Positions 53,047-63,334 of a stretch of DNA of 64,000 nucleotides are shown one piece after another; position 1 is the first letter of the stretch; each line of letters opens with the position of its first letter. This stretch comes from an uncultured Acidobacteriota bacterium. Lineage in GTDB: Bacteria; Acidobacteriota; Thermoanaerobaculia; UBA5066; Gp7-AA6. The translations under genes and the position numbers were made by a program. A model generated the notes under the pieces. The model saw only the letters and a list, made by a program, of their open reading frames with translations. It was not told where the DNA came from and did not search any database. The DNA is taken from assembly GCA_963764715.1 (NCBI GenBank), contig CAVXTP010000022.1, positions 192,001-256,000 on the forward strand. Direction: 5' to 3'.

Positions 53047-55581
53047 TTGCGTCGGGGCCTTTGCACGGCCGCGGTCCTCGCCGCGGCGGCGGTGAGTTTT
53101 GGGGCCGCGGCCCAGGAGCCCGCCCCGCCACCGCTTCCGGTCCCGACTCCCCAGGCGACGACCCCTCCCGCTCCCGAGGCGCCCGCCGCTCAGGCCGCGC
53201 CCCCGGCCTCCGCCGCGGTCGCCGGCGAGCCGATCCTCGGAATCCGGGTCGTCGGGTTCCAGACGGTGTCCCCCGACACGATCGCGCACTACCTCGGCAT
53301 CAAGGTCGGCGATCCCTACGACCCGGAGAAGATCCGGTCGAACTTTCACGCGCTCTGGGAGGTCGGGCTCCTCGAGAACGTCCAGATCGAGGCCGAGCGC
53401 GAGCCCGCGGGCGTGACGCTCGTCGTCACGATCGAGGAGCGGCCGATCATCAAGGAGGTCGACTTCACCGGGAACAAGAAGCTGACCACGACCCAGATCC
53501 GGGACGTCCTGAAGGAGGCCAAGGTCGAGGTCAAGGCCGGGGCGCCGCTCTCGCTCCGCGACATCGCCCGGGCCCGCGCCGCGATCGCCGACGCCTATCT
53601 CGCGCAGGGCTTCCGCAGCGCCACGGTCGACTACCGGATCGAGGACCTGTCGAAGACCGAGAAGAAGGTCCTCTTCGTCATCGACGAGGGCGACAAGGTC
53701 AAGATCGAGTCGATCACGTTCACGGGCAACGAGCACGTCTCGGCGCAGACCCTGCGCAATGCCATGTCGAAGACCAAGGTGGCGGTGTTCTGGCGGATTC
53801 TTTCCGACAATACCGTCTACAGCCAGGCCAACTACGAGGCCGACGTCGAGAGCCTCAAGGGCGTGTACCAGGCCCGGGGCTACAAGGACGTCGTCATCAA
53901 GGACCCGATCCTCGACGTCTACGTCGTGAACCCCGACGCCAAGCCCGAGAAGCTCAAGCGGCGCGTTCGGATCACGATCCCGGTCGTCGAGGGCGACCTC
54001 TTCTACACCAACGAGGTCCACATCGTCGCGGTGCAGCAGAACGGCCAGCCGACCGAGTCCGGGCAGCCCCAGGTCTTCTCCGCGAGGGAGCTCCTGAAGC
54101 CCTTCTGGGAGCTCAAGCCCGGCACGATCCTCAACCGCGACCGCATCGTCGAGGGCCTGATGCAGGTCGAGACGATGTACAAGTCGCGCGGGTACATCTA
54201 CTCGTACCCGAACCCGGTCTTCAAGGAAGTCGGCGACCACAAGGTCGATGTCGACATCTCGATCTTCGAGGGCGAGAAGTTCTACCTCGGCCGCCTCGAG
54301 GTCCAGGGCAACACCCAGACCCGCGACAAGGTCATCCGGCGCGAGTTCGCCCTCGACGAGGGCGACGTCATGGACATGGACGCGATCAAGAAGAGCGTGA
54401 CCAAGATCCAGCAGCTCGGCTACTTCAAGATGACCGAGGACCCGCAGTTCGCCGTCCGCGGGGAGGAGAAGAAGGTCGACATCACGATCAAGGGCCAGGA
54501 GACCTCCCGCAACGAGATCCAGTTCGGCGCGGGGTACTCCGGGTTCGACGGGTTCTTCGGGCAGTTCTCCTTCCAGACCCGCAACTTCCTCGGACGCGGC
54601 GAGATCATCGGGGCGTCGGCCCAGCTCGGGAAGGTCTCCAACTTCTTCGACCTCTCCTACACGATCCCGTGGTTCATGGACAAGAACCAGTCGGTCGGCG
54701 CGGCGCTCTTCCGGCGCAACGTGAACTACCTGTCGCAGGAAGAGCGCCGGACGGGCGGCTCGATCTTCTACGGCAAGGGGCTGTCGCTCTTCGACTCGGT
54801 CTCCCTGCTCTACGCGTACGAGGACATCACGGCCAACTTCCCGGTCCGCAGCGCGCCGACGCCGCCCGGCCAGCCCCCGCCGCCGCAGAAGTTCACCGAG
54901 ACGACCGGAACGACCTCGTCGTTCACGCCGGGCTACCGCTACGACAGCCGGAACGACCCCTTCGACCCGACGCGCGGGCTGCGCCTGTCGGCGTCGGTCC
55001 AGATCGCGCCCGACCTGCTCGGCGGGACGAGCTCGTTCATCAAGGCCATCGGCGGCGGCACGATCTACGTTCCGGTGCGCATTCCCCGGAACGCGTTGCT
55101 GGCGCTCAATCTCGAGATCGGGTACGTCGCATCGCTCAACTCCGTCGAGATCCCGATCTTCGAGCGGTTCCAGCTCGGCGGCGAACAGAGCCTGCGCGGG
55201 TTCCAGCAGGGCGCGGTCGTGCCGGTGAACCCGACGACCTACGAGGTCTTCACCGACCCGCTCGGCCGCATCCTCGGCGGCAACAAGTTTTTCGTCTTCA
55301 ATGTGGAGTACCAGTTCATTTCGATCGGTCCGGCGAAGCTGCTCGCGTTCTTCGACGTCGGCCAGAACTACTACGACACGCAGAGCTTCGGGATCGGCAA
55401 CGTCCGCTCCTCGGCCGGGGCGGAGCTGCGCATCTTCCTGCCGATCTTCCAGGCGCCGCTGCGGTTCATCTACGCCTTCAACCTCAACCCCATCCAGCCG
55501 GTCGACCAGTTCGGCTTCCCGATCAGCTACCTCGCCGAGAAGCCGTCGGGCTTCACGTTCTCCATCGGCCGGACGTTTTAG
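53047..55581 (+). CDS. bamA: outer membrane protein assembly factor
   Basis: Signal peptide, POTRA repeats (GNTQTRDKVIRRE), SLRGF, C-terminal FTFSIGRTF. Confidence 0.93.
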   Translation: MRRGLCTAAVLAAAAVSFGAAAQEPAPPPLPVPTPQATTPPAPEAPAAQAAPPASAAVAGEPILGIRVVGFQTVSPDTIAHYLGIKVGDPYDPEKIRSNFHALWEVGLLENVQIEAEREPAGVTLVVTIEERPIIKEVDFTGNKKLTTTQIRDVLKEAKVEVKAGAPLSLRDIARARAAIADAYLAQGFRSATVDYRIEDLSKTEKKVLFVIDEGDKVKIESITFTGNEHVSAQTLRNAMSKTKVAVFWRILSDNTVYSQANYEADVESLKGVYQARGYKDVVIKDPILDVYVVNPDAKPEKLKRRVRITIPVVEGDLFYTNEVHIVAVQQNGQPTESGQPQVFSARELLKPFWELKPGTILNRDRIVEGLMQVETMYKSRGYIYSYPNPVFKEVGDHKVDVDISIFEGEKFYLGRLEVQGNTQTRDKVIRREFALDEGDVMDMDAIKKSVTKIQQLGYFKMTEDPQFAVRGEEKKVDITIKGQETSRNEIQFGAGYSGFDGFFGQFSFQTRNFLGRGEIIGASAQLGKVSNFFDLSYTIPWFMDKNQSVGAALFRRNVNYLSQEERRTGGSIFYGKGLSLFDSVSLLYAYEDITANFPVRSAPTPPGQPPPPQKFTETTGTTSSFTPGYRYDSRNDPFDPTRGLRLSASVQIAPDLLGGTSSFIKAIGGGTIYVPVRIPRNALLALNLEIGYVASLNSVEIPIFERFQLGGEQSLRGFQQGAVVPVNPTTYEVFTDPLGRILGGNKFFVFNVEYQFISIGPAKLLAFFDVGQNYYDTQSFGIGNVRSSAGAELRIFLPIFQAPLRFIYAFNLNPIQPVDQFGFPISYLAEKPSGFTFSIGRTF

Positions 55582-55704
55582 GCGGGCCTCGACGGCCCGC
55601 ATGGGGGAGAGGCGGTCGGCGGGGGCGCAAACGAAGCGTTTGCGTAACGGGGTAATCCCGGTCCCGGCGGCGGTTTAGGCGGAATGGCGGTCGGACGGGG
55701 CCTG

Positions 55705-55732
55705 TTGCCTAAGCGGTGATTTTTGCTACACT
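55705..55732 (+). promoter_or_regulatory. sigma70-like promoter upstream of skp
   Basis: TTGCCT, 16-nt spacer, TACACT preceded by TGC (extended -10). Confidence 0.55.
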
Positions 55733-55770
55733 TCCGCGCTTTCTCGAGTCCGAGTGAAGAAGGAGAGGGA

Positions 55771-56394
55771 ATGAAACGCTTTGTCTTGACGGTGGCGGCT
55801 GCGTTCGTGGCGGCTGTTGCCGGTGCTCAAGGGTCCACGGGGGCGACGGCGCCGGCAGGGGGTGCGCTGAAGATCGGCACCATCAACGTCGAGCGCCTGG
55901 TGCAGGAATCGGCGCTCGGCAAGGAGGCCTTCAACCGCGTCAAGAAGCTCAACGACCAGAAGAAGGAAGAGGGCGAAAAGCTCCAGAAGGAGCTCCGCGA
56001 CATGGAGCAGAAGCTCGCCGACCAGGGCTCGGCCCTGGCCGACGACAAGCGCGACGCGCTCCAGAAGTCGTACCAGGAGAAGGCGATCGCCTTCAAACGC
56101 TTCCAGGACGACGCGAACCGGGAGCTCGAGGCGTCGCAGAAGAAGGAGCTCTCCGAGCTCGAGCGGCGCGTCTTCCCGGTGATCAACCAGGTCGGCAAGG
56201 AGAAGGGCTATACGCTCATCTTCAACAAATTCCAGTCGGGCCTGGTGTACGCCGAGGATGCCGTCGACATCACCGACGACGTCCTGAAGGTCTTCAACAC
56301 CACCGTCGCGGTGCCCGCGGCAAAGCCCGCCGCGGCGGCGCCCGCCGCCGGCGCGAAGCCGGCCCCCGCGCCGGCGCCGACCAAGAAGCCGTAG
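55771..56394 (+). CDS. skp: OmpH/Skp periplasmic chaperone
   Basis: Signal peptide, KIGTINVE, coiled coil, YAEDAVDITDDV; GAAGGAGA SD. Confidence 0.9.
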   Translation: MKRFVLTVAAAFVAAVAGAQGSTGATAPAGGALKIGTINVERLVQESALGKEAFNRVKKLNDQKKEEGEKLQKELRDMEQKLADQGSALADDKRDALQKSYQEKAIAFKRFQDDANRELEASQKKELSELERRVFPVINQVGKEKGYTLIFNKFQSGLVYAEDAVDITDDVLKVFNTTVAVPAAKPAAAAPAAGAKPAPAPAPTKKP

Positions 56395-56422
56395 CGCAGC
56401 CGCAGGCCGGAACCGAGGCGCC

Positions 56423-57497
56423 GTGGCCCGCTCGAAGCACCCGATCCGGGGTAAGGGCAGGCCGCGGCGTCCCGCCGCGCCGCGCGGCTCCTTCTCCCTG
56501 GAAGACGTGGCCGCCGCCGTCGGCGGCCGCGCGCATGGATCGGCCCGCGCTCTGACCGGCGTCGCGGGCCTCGAGTCGGCCGGTCCGACCGACCTCTCCT
56601 GGGTCGCCGACGAACGCCGGGCGGCCGGGGCGGCAGAAAGCCGCGCCGGCGCCCTGCTCGTTTCCGACGCGTCGTTGGCCGGCGGCAAGCCCTGCGTGGT
56701 CGTCGAGCGGCCGCAGCTCGCCCTCGGCCGGTGGCTCGCGGTCTTCCGGCCGGCGCCGCGGCCGAAGGCCGGAGTGGCCCGCGGGGCCTTCGTCGCGAAA
56801 TCGGCGAGGCTCGGCCGGGGCGTTTCCGTGGCGGCCGGTGCGACCGTTTCCGCGGGCGCCCGCGTCGGCGCGCGGACGACGATCGCGGCCGGGGCCTTCG
56901 TCGGCGAGGGGGCCGTGCTCGGCGAGGATTGCGTGCTCCACCCCAACGCGGCCGTCCTCGACGGCTGCCGGCTCGGGGCGCGCTGCGTGCTCCAGGCCGG
57001 AGCGGTCGTCGGCTCCGACGGGTTCGGCTACGTCTGGGACGGATTGGCGCACCGACAAGATCCCGCAGGTCGGCATCGTCCGCGTCGAGGACGACGTCGA
57101 GATCGGCGCCAACGCGGCGATCGACCGGGCGACCCTCGGCGAGACGGTCGTCGGCCGGGGGACGAAGATCGACAATCTGGTGCAGATCGGGCACAACGTG
57201 ACGATCGGCGAAGACTCGATCCTCTGCGGCCAGGCGGGAGTGGGCGGCTCCTCGACCCTGGGCCGGGGAGTGACCCTGGCGGGCCAGGTCGGGATCTCGG
57301 ACCACGTCCGCATCGGCGACGGCGCCACCCTCACCGGGCAGGCCGGAATCGCCCGGCAGGGGCGCGTGGAGGCGGGCGCGGTACTCTCCGGCATGCCGGC
57401 GCTGCCGCACCGCGAGTTTCTCCGGCGCGCGGCGCTGCTCGGCCGGCTCGAGCGGGCCCTCGAGCGTCTGGCCGAGCTCGAGAAGAAGCTCGGCTGA
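56423..57497 (+). CDS. lpxD: UDP-3-O-acylglucosamine N-acyltransferase; +1 frameshift at about 57051
   Basis: Hexapeptide repeats, GSDGFGY | [30 protein letters not shown]. Confidence 0.92.
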
Positions 57498-57520
57498 TCG
57501 GCGAACCGACAGGAGGAATC

Positions 57521-57957
57521 GTGGAGATTCGAATCGACGAGATCCTGAAGATCCTGCCGCACCGCTATCCCTTCCTCCTCGTGGACCGGATCCTCGAGCT
57601 CGAGCGGGCAAGCGGGTCGTCGGCATCAAGAACGTCACGTTCAACGAGGAGTTCTTCCAGGGGCACTTTCCGGGCAACCCGGTGATGCCGGGCGTGCTCG
57701 TCCTCGAGGCGATGGCCCAGGTCGCCGCGATCGCGCTGCTCGGCGTCGTGCCGGACAAGGAGCGCAAGTTGCTCTACCTCTCGGGAGTCGACCGCTGCAA
57801 GTTCCGCCGTCCGGTCGTTCCGGGCGACCAGCTGCGGATCGAGGCCGAGATCGTGTCCCTGAAGACGCGCGTCTGCAAGTGCCGGGCGACCGCGACGGTC
57901 GACGGCGCGCTGTGCACCGAGGCCGAGCTGCTGTCGGTCCTGGTGGACCGCCCGTGA
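57521..57957 (+). CDS. fabZ: 3-hydroxyacyl-ACP dehydratase; one-base deletion at about 57605
   Basis: [14 protein letters not shown] | [24 protein letters not shown]. Confidence 0.92.
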
Positions 57958-58735
57958 CGACCGCCATCCATCCCACGGCGGTCGTGGCCGACGGAGCGGT
58001 GCTCGGCGAGGGTGTCGAGGTCGGGCCCTACGCGGTCATCGGGGATGACGTCACGCTCGGCGCGCGGACGACCGTGGGCGCGCACGCTTCGATCCAGGGG
58101 CCCGGCGGTCTTCGGCGAGGACAACCGCATCTTCTCGCACGCCGCCCTCGGGTTCGAGCCGCAGGACCTGAAGTACCGGGGCGAGCGGACGCGGCTGGTC
58201 GTCGGTTCGCGCAACGTCTTCCGGGAGTTCACGACCGTGCATCGCGGCACCGCCAGCGGGCAGGCCGAGACGGTGATCGGCGACGACAACTACTTCATGA
58301 ACTACACCCACGTCGGGCACGACAACCGCATCGGCTCGAGGGTCGTCATGGCGAACTCGGCCGTCGCTCGCCGGCCACGTGGAGGTCGGCAACCACGCGA
58401 TCATCGGCGCGTTCAACGCGATCCACCAGTTCTGCCGCGTCGGCGCCTACGCGTTCCTCGGGGCGTACACGGGCTGCCGGCAGGACGTCCTGCCGTTCTG
58501 CCGCACCGACGGCCTCGACGCGCGCACGTACGGCCTCAACACGATCGGCTTGAAGCGCAACGGCTTCTCCGACGAGCGGATCGACGCCCTGCAGAAGGCG
58601 TACCGGTTCCTCGTCAAGTCGAAGCTCAACACGAGCCAGGCGCTCGAGCGGATCGCGGCGGAGCTCGCGGGGCAGCCCGACGTCGAGGAGCTCGTGCGCT
58701 TCATCAAGACGAGCGAGCGGGGCTTCATCAAGTGA
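57954..58735 (+). CDS. lpxA: UDP-GlcNAc acyltransferase; +1 frameshifts at about 58100 and 58363
   Basis: [54 protein letters not shown]. Confidence 0.92.
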
Positions 58736-59699
58736 ACGGCGCCGAGCCGGTGCGCCTCGCCGTCGTCGGCGTCGGCCACCTCGGGCGCCACCACGCCCGC
58801 GTGGCGGCGAGCCTGCCCGGGGTGGCGCTCGTGGGCGTCCACGATCACCACGAGGGCCGCGCGGCAGAGGTCGCCCGCGAGAGCGGCCTGCGGGTGCTGT
58901 CGGGGCCCGAGGCGGTGGCCGATGCCGCGGAGGCGGTGGTCGTCGCCACGCCGACGAGCTCGCACGGGCGAGCTCGGACGGTTCTTCCTCGAGCGCGGCC
59001 TCGACGTCCTGATGGAGAAGCCCCTCGCCCCGGGTGTCGCCGAGGCGACCGAGCTCGTCGAGCTCGCCCGGCGCAACGCCCGGGTGCTCGCGGTCGGGCA
59101 CGTCGAGCGCTACAACCCGGCCGTCGAGGCGCTGCTCGCGACGGGCCGGGCGCCGGCCTACATCGAGGGCCACCGGCTCGGTATCTTCACCACCCGGAGC
59201 CTCGACGTCGACGTCGTCCTCGACCTCATGATCCACGACCTGCAGATCGTCGTCCGACCTCGTGCGCCGCCCGGTGCGGGAGATTCGCGCCGTCGGTATG
59301 CCGGTCGTGACGCCGCGGATCGACATCGCCAACGCCCGGATCGAGTTCGAGGGCGGCTGCGTGGCGACCCTGACGGCCTCGCGCGTCTCCTCCGAGCGCC
59401 TCCGCAAGCTCCGGGTCTTCGCCCCGCCCCTCTACTGCTCGGTCGACATGCACGCCCGGACGCTGCGGGCCCTGGGGCTGGAGGCCGGCGCGGAGGGCCC
59501 CGAGATCGTGTCCGTCGACGTCCCCGTCGTCGACGGCGACCCGCTCGCGCGGGAGCTCTCCGATTTCGCGGGCGCCGTGCGCGAGCGGCGGGACCCGATC
59601 GTGTCGGGCGAGGTCGGCCGGGACGCCCTCGTCCTCGCCCATCGGGTGCTCGCGGCGATCGAGACGCACCGAGCCGCATTCGAGGGGATCCGCGTTTGA
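58732..59699 (+). CDS. Gfo/Idh/MocA oxidoreductase (GnnA-like); +1 frameshifts at about 58967 and 59254
   Basis: AVVGVGHLG.HHAR, EKP, VGHVERYNP, DVVLDLMIHD, TASRVS. Confidence 0.82.
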
Positions 59700-60559
59700 C
59701 CGAACGCGGCCGGGTCGGCCTCATCGGGGGCAGCGGGGTCTACGATCTCTCGGCGATCGAGGACCTCCGCGAGGAGCGCCTCGACACGCCCTTCGGGAAG
59801 CCCTCGGACGCTTACATGACCGGAACGCTCTCCGGCGTCCCGGTGGCGTTCCTTTCCCGGCACGGGCGCGGCCATCGCCTCGCGCCGACCGAGATCAACT
59901 ACCGAGCCAACGTCTGCGGCTTCAAGATGCTCGGCTGCGATGCGCTGCTCTCGGCGTCGGCCTGCGGAAGCCTCCGGGCCGAGCTCGCGCCGCGCCAGGC
60001 CGTCATCCCCGACCAGTTCATCGACCGGACGCGCCATCGCGAGGACACGTTCTTCGGCGACGGCATCGTCGCCCACGCGGGCCTCGCCGATCCGGTCTGC
60101 CCGTCGCTCTCGGCGGCGCTCGAGGACGGCGCCCGCCGCGGCGGCCTGCGTGTCCGGCGGGGCGGGACCTACGTCTGCATGGAGGGGCCGCAGTTCTCGA
60201 CCCGGGCCGAGTCGCACCTGTACCGGTCCTGGGGCGCCGACGTCATCGGGATGACCAACCTGACCGAGGCGCGCCTCGCCCGCGAGGCCGAGCTCTGCTA
60301 CGCGAGCCTGGCGCTCGTGACCGACTACGACTGCTGGCACGAGGCGGAAGAGGACGTGACGGTGGAGGCGATCCTGTCGATCCTGGCGGAGAACGCGGCG
60401 GCCGCGCGGCGGTCGCTCGCCGAGACCGTGGCGCGCGTCGATCCCACGCGCGCCTGCGGCTGCCGCGACGCGATGCGCTTCGCCATCATCACCGACCGGA
60501 GCGCGATCCCCGGGGCGGCGAGGGAGCGGCTCCGGGCGATCGTGGGGAGATACCTTTGA
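59696..60559 (+). CDS. mtnP: S-methyl-5'-thioadenosine phosphorylase
   Basis: IGGSG, RHGRGH, MEGPQFSTRAES, GMT, VTDYDCW. Confidence 0.93.
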   Translation: MTERGRVGLIGGSGVYDLSAIEDLREERLDTPFGKPSDAYMTGTLSGVPVAFLSRHGRGHRLAPTEINYRANVCGFKMLGCDALLSASACGSLRAELAPRQAVIPDQFIDRTRHREDTFFGDGIVAHAGLADPVCPSLSAALEDGARRGGLRVRRGGTYVCMEGPQFSTRAESHLYRSWGADVIGMTNLTEARLAREAELCYASLALVTDYDCWHEAEEDVTVEAILSILAENAAAARRSLAETVARVDPTRACGCRDAMRFAIITDRSAIPGAARERLRAIVGRYL

Positions 60560-61546
60560 AGAAACAGGGCCGCATCGTCGTGACGGGCTCGGTCGCCTTC
60601 GACTACCTGATGACCTTTCCGGGACGGTTCACGGAGCACCTGATCCCCGACCGGATGTCGCGGCTGTCGGTCTCGTTTCTCGTCGACGAGATGCGCCGCG
60701 TGCCGGGAGGCTGCGGGCCGAACATCGCCTACGGCCTGGCGCTCCTGGGCGAGCGCCCGGTCCTGCTCGCGACGGCCGGCGCCGACGCGGCCGAGTACCG
60801 GGACCGGCTCGGCCCAGGAGGGCGTGGACGTCTCGGGCCTGCGCCTGGAGAGCGACGTCTTCACGGCGTCCTTCTTCGTCTCGACCGACCAGGACCAGAA
60901 CCAGCTCGCGTCCTTCTACACCGGCGCGATGGCCCGGGCGCGCGACCTGCCCCTCGAGTCGGTCGACCCGGCGACGATCGCCTTCGTCGTGATCTCGCCC
61001 AACGATCCGCCGGCCATGGCGGCGCACGCCGAGGCCTGCCGGCGGCACGGGATCCCGTTCCTCTACGATCCGAGCCAGCAGGTCACGCGGCTCTCGGGCG
61101 AGGAGATGGCCGAGGGTTTCCTCGGCGCCGCGATCCTGATCGTGAACGAGTACGAGTTCGGGATCCTGACCCACAAGACGGGACTGACGCGCGAGCAGAT
61201 GCTGGAGCGGGTGCCGGCCGTCATCGTCACGAGCGGGGCCGACGGCTCCACGATCCACGTCGCCGACGGGAGCGGCGCCGTCGCGACCCACGCGATCCCG
61301 CCGGCCCGGGTCGAAGGGGAGGCGGTCGACCCGACGGGAGTCGGGGACATGTATCGGGCCGGCCTCCTCCGGGGCCTGCGGATCGGCGCGCCCTGGCCCG
61401 TCGCCGGCCGGATCGGCAGCGTCAACGCGGTCTTCGGGCTCGAGGCCCTCGGTCCGCAGCCGCCCCGCTACACCCCGTCCGAATTCGTCGCGCGCTACCG
61501 GCGCAACTTCGGCGACACTCCCGAGCTCGCGCGCCTGTTCGCCTGA
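60556..61546 (+). CDS. PfkB-family kinase (adenosine kinase-like); +1 frameshift at about 60812
   Basis: GSVAFDYLM, GG.GPNIAY, NEYE, DPTGVGD.YRAG. Confidence 0.85.
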
Positions 61547-61597
61547 CCGGCCCGGCCGGGTTACAATTCGATTTTCAACGAGGACGGTCCTTTGAGC

Positions 61598-62089
61598 ATG
61601 CGCGTGCCGCGCCGCGTGGCGGTGTCTTTTTCGCCGAAGCAGTACGAGGGAAGCCTCGACGCCTCGGGGTTGCAGCTCGCCGTCGTGTGCGCCCGGTGGA
61701 ACCCCACCGTGACCGACGCCATGCTCGCCGCCGCGCTCGACACGCTCCGCCGGCGGGGCGCCCGCCCCGAGGACGTGTCGGTCGCCCGCGTGCCCGGAGC
61801 CTTCGAGGTCGCCTCCGGCGTGCGCGCGCTGATCGACGCGGGCAAGCCCCACGCCGTGATCGCGCTCGCGGCCATCGTCCGCGGCGAGACCAGCCACCAC
61901 GAGGTGCTCGGCCATGCGGTCGCCACGGCGCTCGCCGCGCTCTCGGTCGAGACCGGCGTGCCGGTCGGGTTCGGGATCCTCACCTGCGACACGATGGAGC
62001 AGGCCCGCCGCCGGACCGACAAGGGCATCGAGGCGGCCGAGGCCGCGATCGAGATGGCGAACCTCCGCCGCCACCTGAAGGCCCGGTAG
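61598..62089 (+). CDS. ribH: 6,7-dimethyl-8-ribityllumazine synthase
   Basis: ARWN, VPGAFE, IVRGET.H, PVGFGILT; start uncertain (61592, 61598 or 61622). Confidence 0.92.
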   Translation: MRVPRRVAVSFSPKQYEGSLDASGLQLAVVCARWNPTVTDAMLAAALDTLRRRGARPEDVSVARVPGAFEVASGVRALIDAGKPHAVIALAAIVRGETSHHEVLGHAVATALAALSVETGVPVGFGILTCDTMEQARRRTDKGIEAAEAAIEMANLRRHLKAR

Positions 62090-62514
62090 ATGGGGGCGCG
62101 GCGCAAGGCCCGGGAGCTCGCGCTCCAGATGCTCTACGAGCACGACGTCTCCGGCACGGAGCCGCAGGAGATGTTCCGCCGCTCGGACGACCTGAAGAAG
62201 GCCTCCGAGGGCGTCCAGGACTTCACCCGGCGGCTCGTCTCGGGGACCCTCGACCACCGCGAGGACCTCGACGCGCTCATCTCCCGACAGGCGGACCACT
62301 GGAGGCTGGCGCGGATGCCGGTCGTCGACCGCAACATCCTGCGCCTGGCCCTCTTCGAGCTTCTCCACGAGCCGGAGACGCCCGCGGCCGGTCGTCATCG
62401 ACGAGGCGCTCGAGATCGCCAAGCGCTTCTCGACGCCCAAGTCCTCGCAGTTCATCAACGGCATTCTCGACGGCGTGCTGAAGGCGCGCCGCGGCGGAGG
62501 TCCCGTCGGCGTGA
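62090..62514 (+). CDS. nusB: transcription antitermination factor NusB; two +1 frameshifts (about 62382 and 62503)
   Basis: RRKARELALQMLY, VDRNILRL, VVIDEALEIAKRFS...FINGILD; stop inferred at the GTGA overlap 62511-62514. Confidence 0.88.
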
Positions 62515-63287
62515 GCCGGGCGCTCCGGGCCCTCCTCTTCGCCGCGCTCCTCGCCGCCCCCCGGGGCGCCGGCGCCGACGAGCTCGCCGTCTACCGCGCG
62601 ACCGGGCCGGACGCGAAGCTCTTCGACCAGTACGACAACGACGGCTATTCGCTGGCGGTCTCGCCCCGCCGCGACGGGGGCCTCGACCTGACGGTCCGGG
62701 TTTCGGGCGGGCCGCTCGCGAGCCGCGCGCCGTTCCCGACGGCCGCCCCCCGCGACGCCGACATCCTGGCCTCGCCCGAGCGCGACGCGTTCGCGCGGAC
62801 GCTCGCGGGCGACGCGCGCTCGCAGGCCGACGCGGTCGAGCGCGTCCTCGCGGGCATGGCCTCGTACCTGCGCTACGACCCCGACCGCAGCCGGCTCCAG
62901 GACCCGGCCTCGGTCTTCGCCTCGCGGCGCGCCCACTGCGTCGGCTTCGCCGAGCTCGCGGTCGACCTGCTGCGGCGGATCGGCATCGCCGCGCGCACGG
63001 TCCAGGGCATCCTTCGGACGAAGCCGGAAACCGACGGCTACGACGCCTCGATCGGCGGCGTCTATCACCGGTGGATCGAGGTCTACTACCCGGACCGCGG
63101 GTTCGTCTTCTCCGATCCGTTCTCCTCGATCAACGCCGTCGACGCGCGGTACGTCCCGTTCGGGCGGCGGGCGTTCGAGCGGCCCCGGGACCTGACGGTC
63201 ACGGCCGTCGAGGCGTCCGGCACGCTCGATTTTCCGGTCCGCCGCCTTCCCGACGCGACGCTGCGCGTGCGTCCGGCCACCCGCTAG
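62511..63287 (+). CDS. secreted transglutaminase-like protein
   Basis: Signal peptide, AHCVGFA (Cys), HRWIEVY (His), SDP (Asp) triad pattern. Confidence 0.8.
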   Translation: MSRALRALLFAALLAAPRGAGADELAVYRATGPDAKLFDQYDNDGYSLAVSPRRDGGLDLTVRVSGGPLASRAPFPTAAPRDADILASPERDAFARTLAGDARSQADAVERVLAGMASYLRYDPDRSRLQDPASVFASRRAHCVGFAELAVDLLRRIGIAARTVQGILRTKPETDGYDASIGGVYHRWIEVYYPDRGFVFSDPFSSINAVDARYVPFGRRAFERPRDLTVTAVEASGTLDFPVRRLPDATLRVRPATR

Positions 63288-63334
63288 CCGGGTCCGCGGG
63301 ACGGCGGAGGGCTTCGGGTATATTGCCCGCTCCG

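Noticed and set aside
62090-63287. Apparent NusB-transglutaminase fusion
   Set aside because: Removing one base near 62503 restores a TGA at 62512-62514 overlapping a GTG and signal peptide; the region is indel-prone
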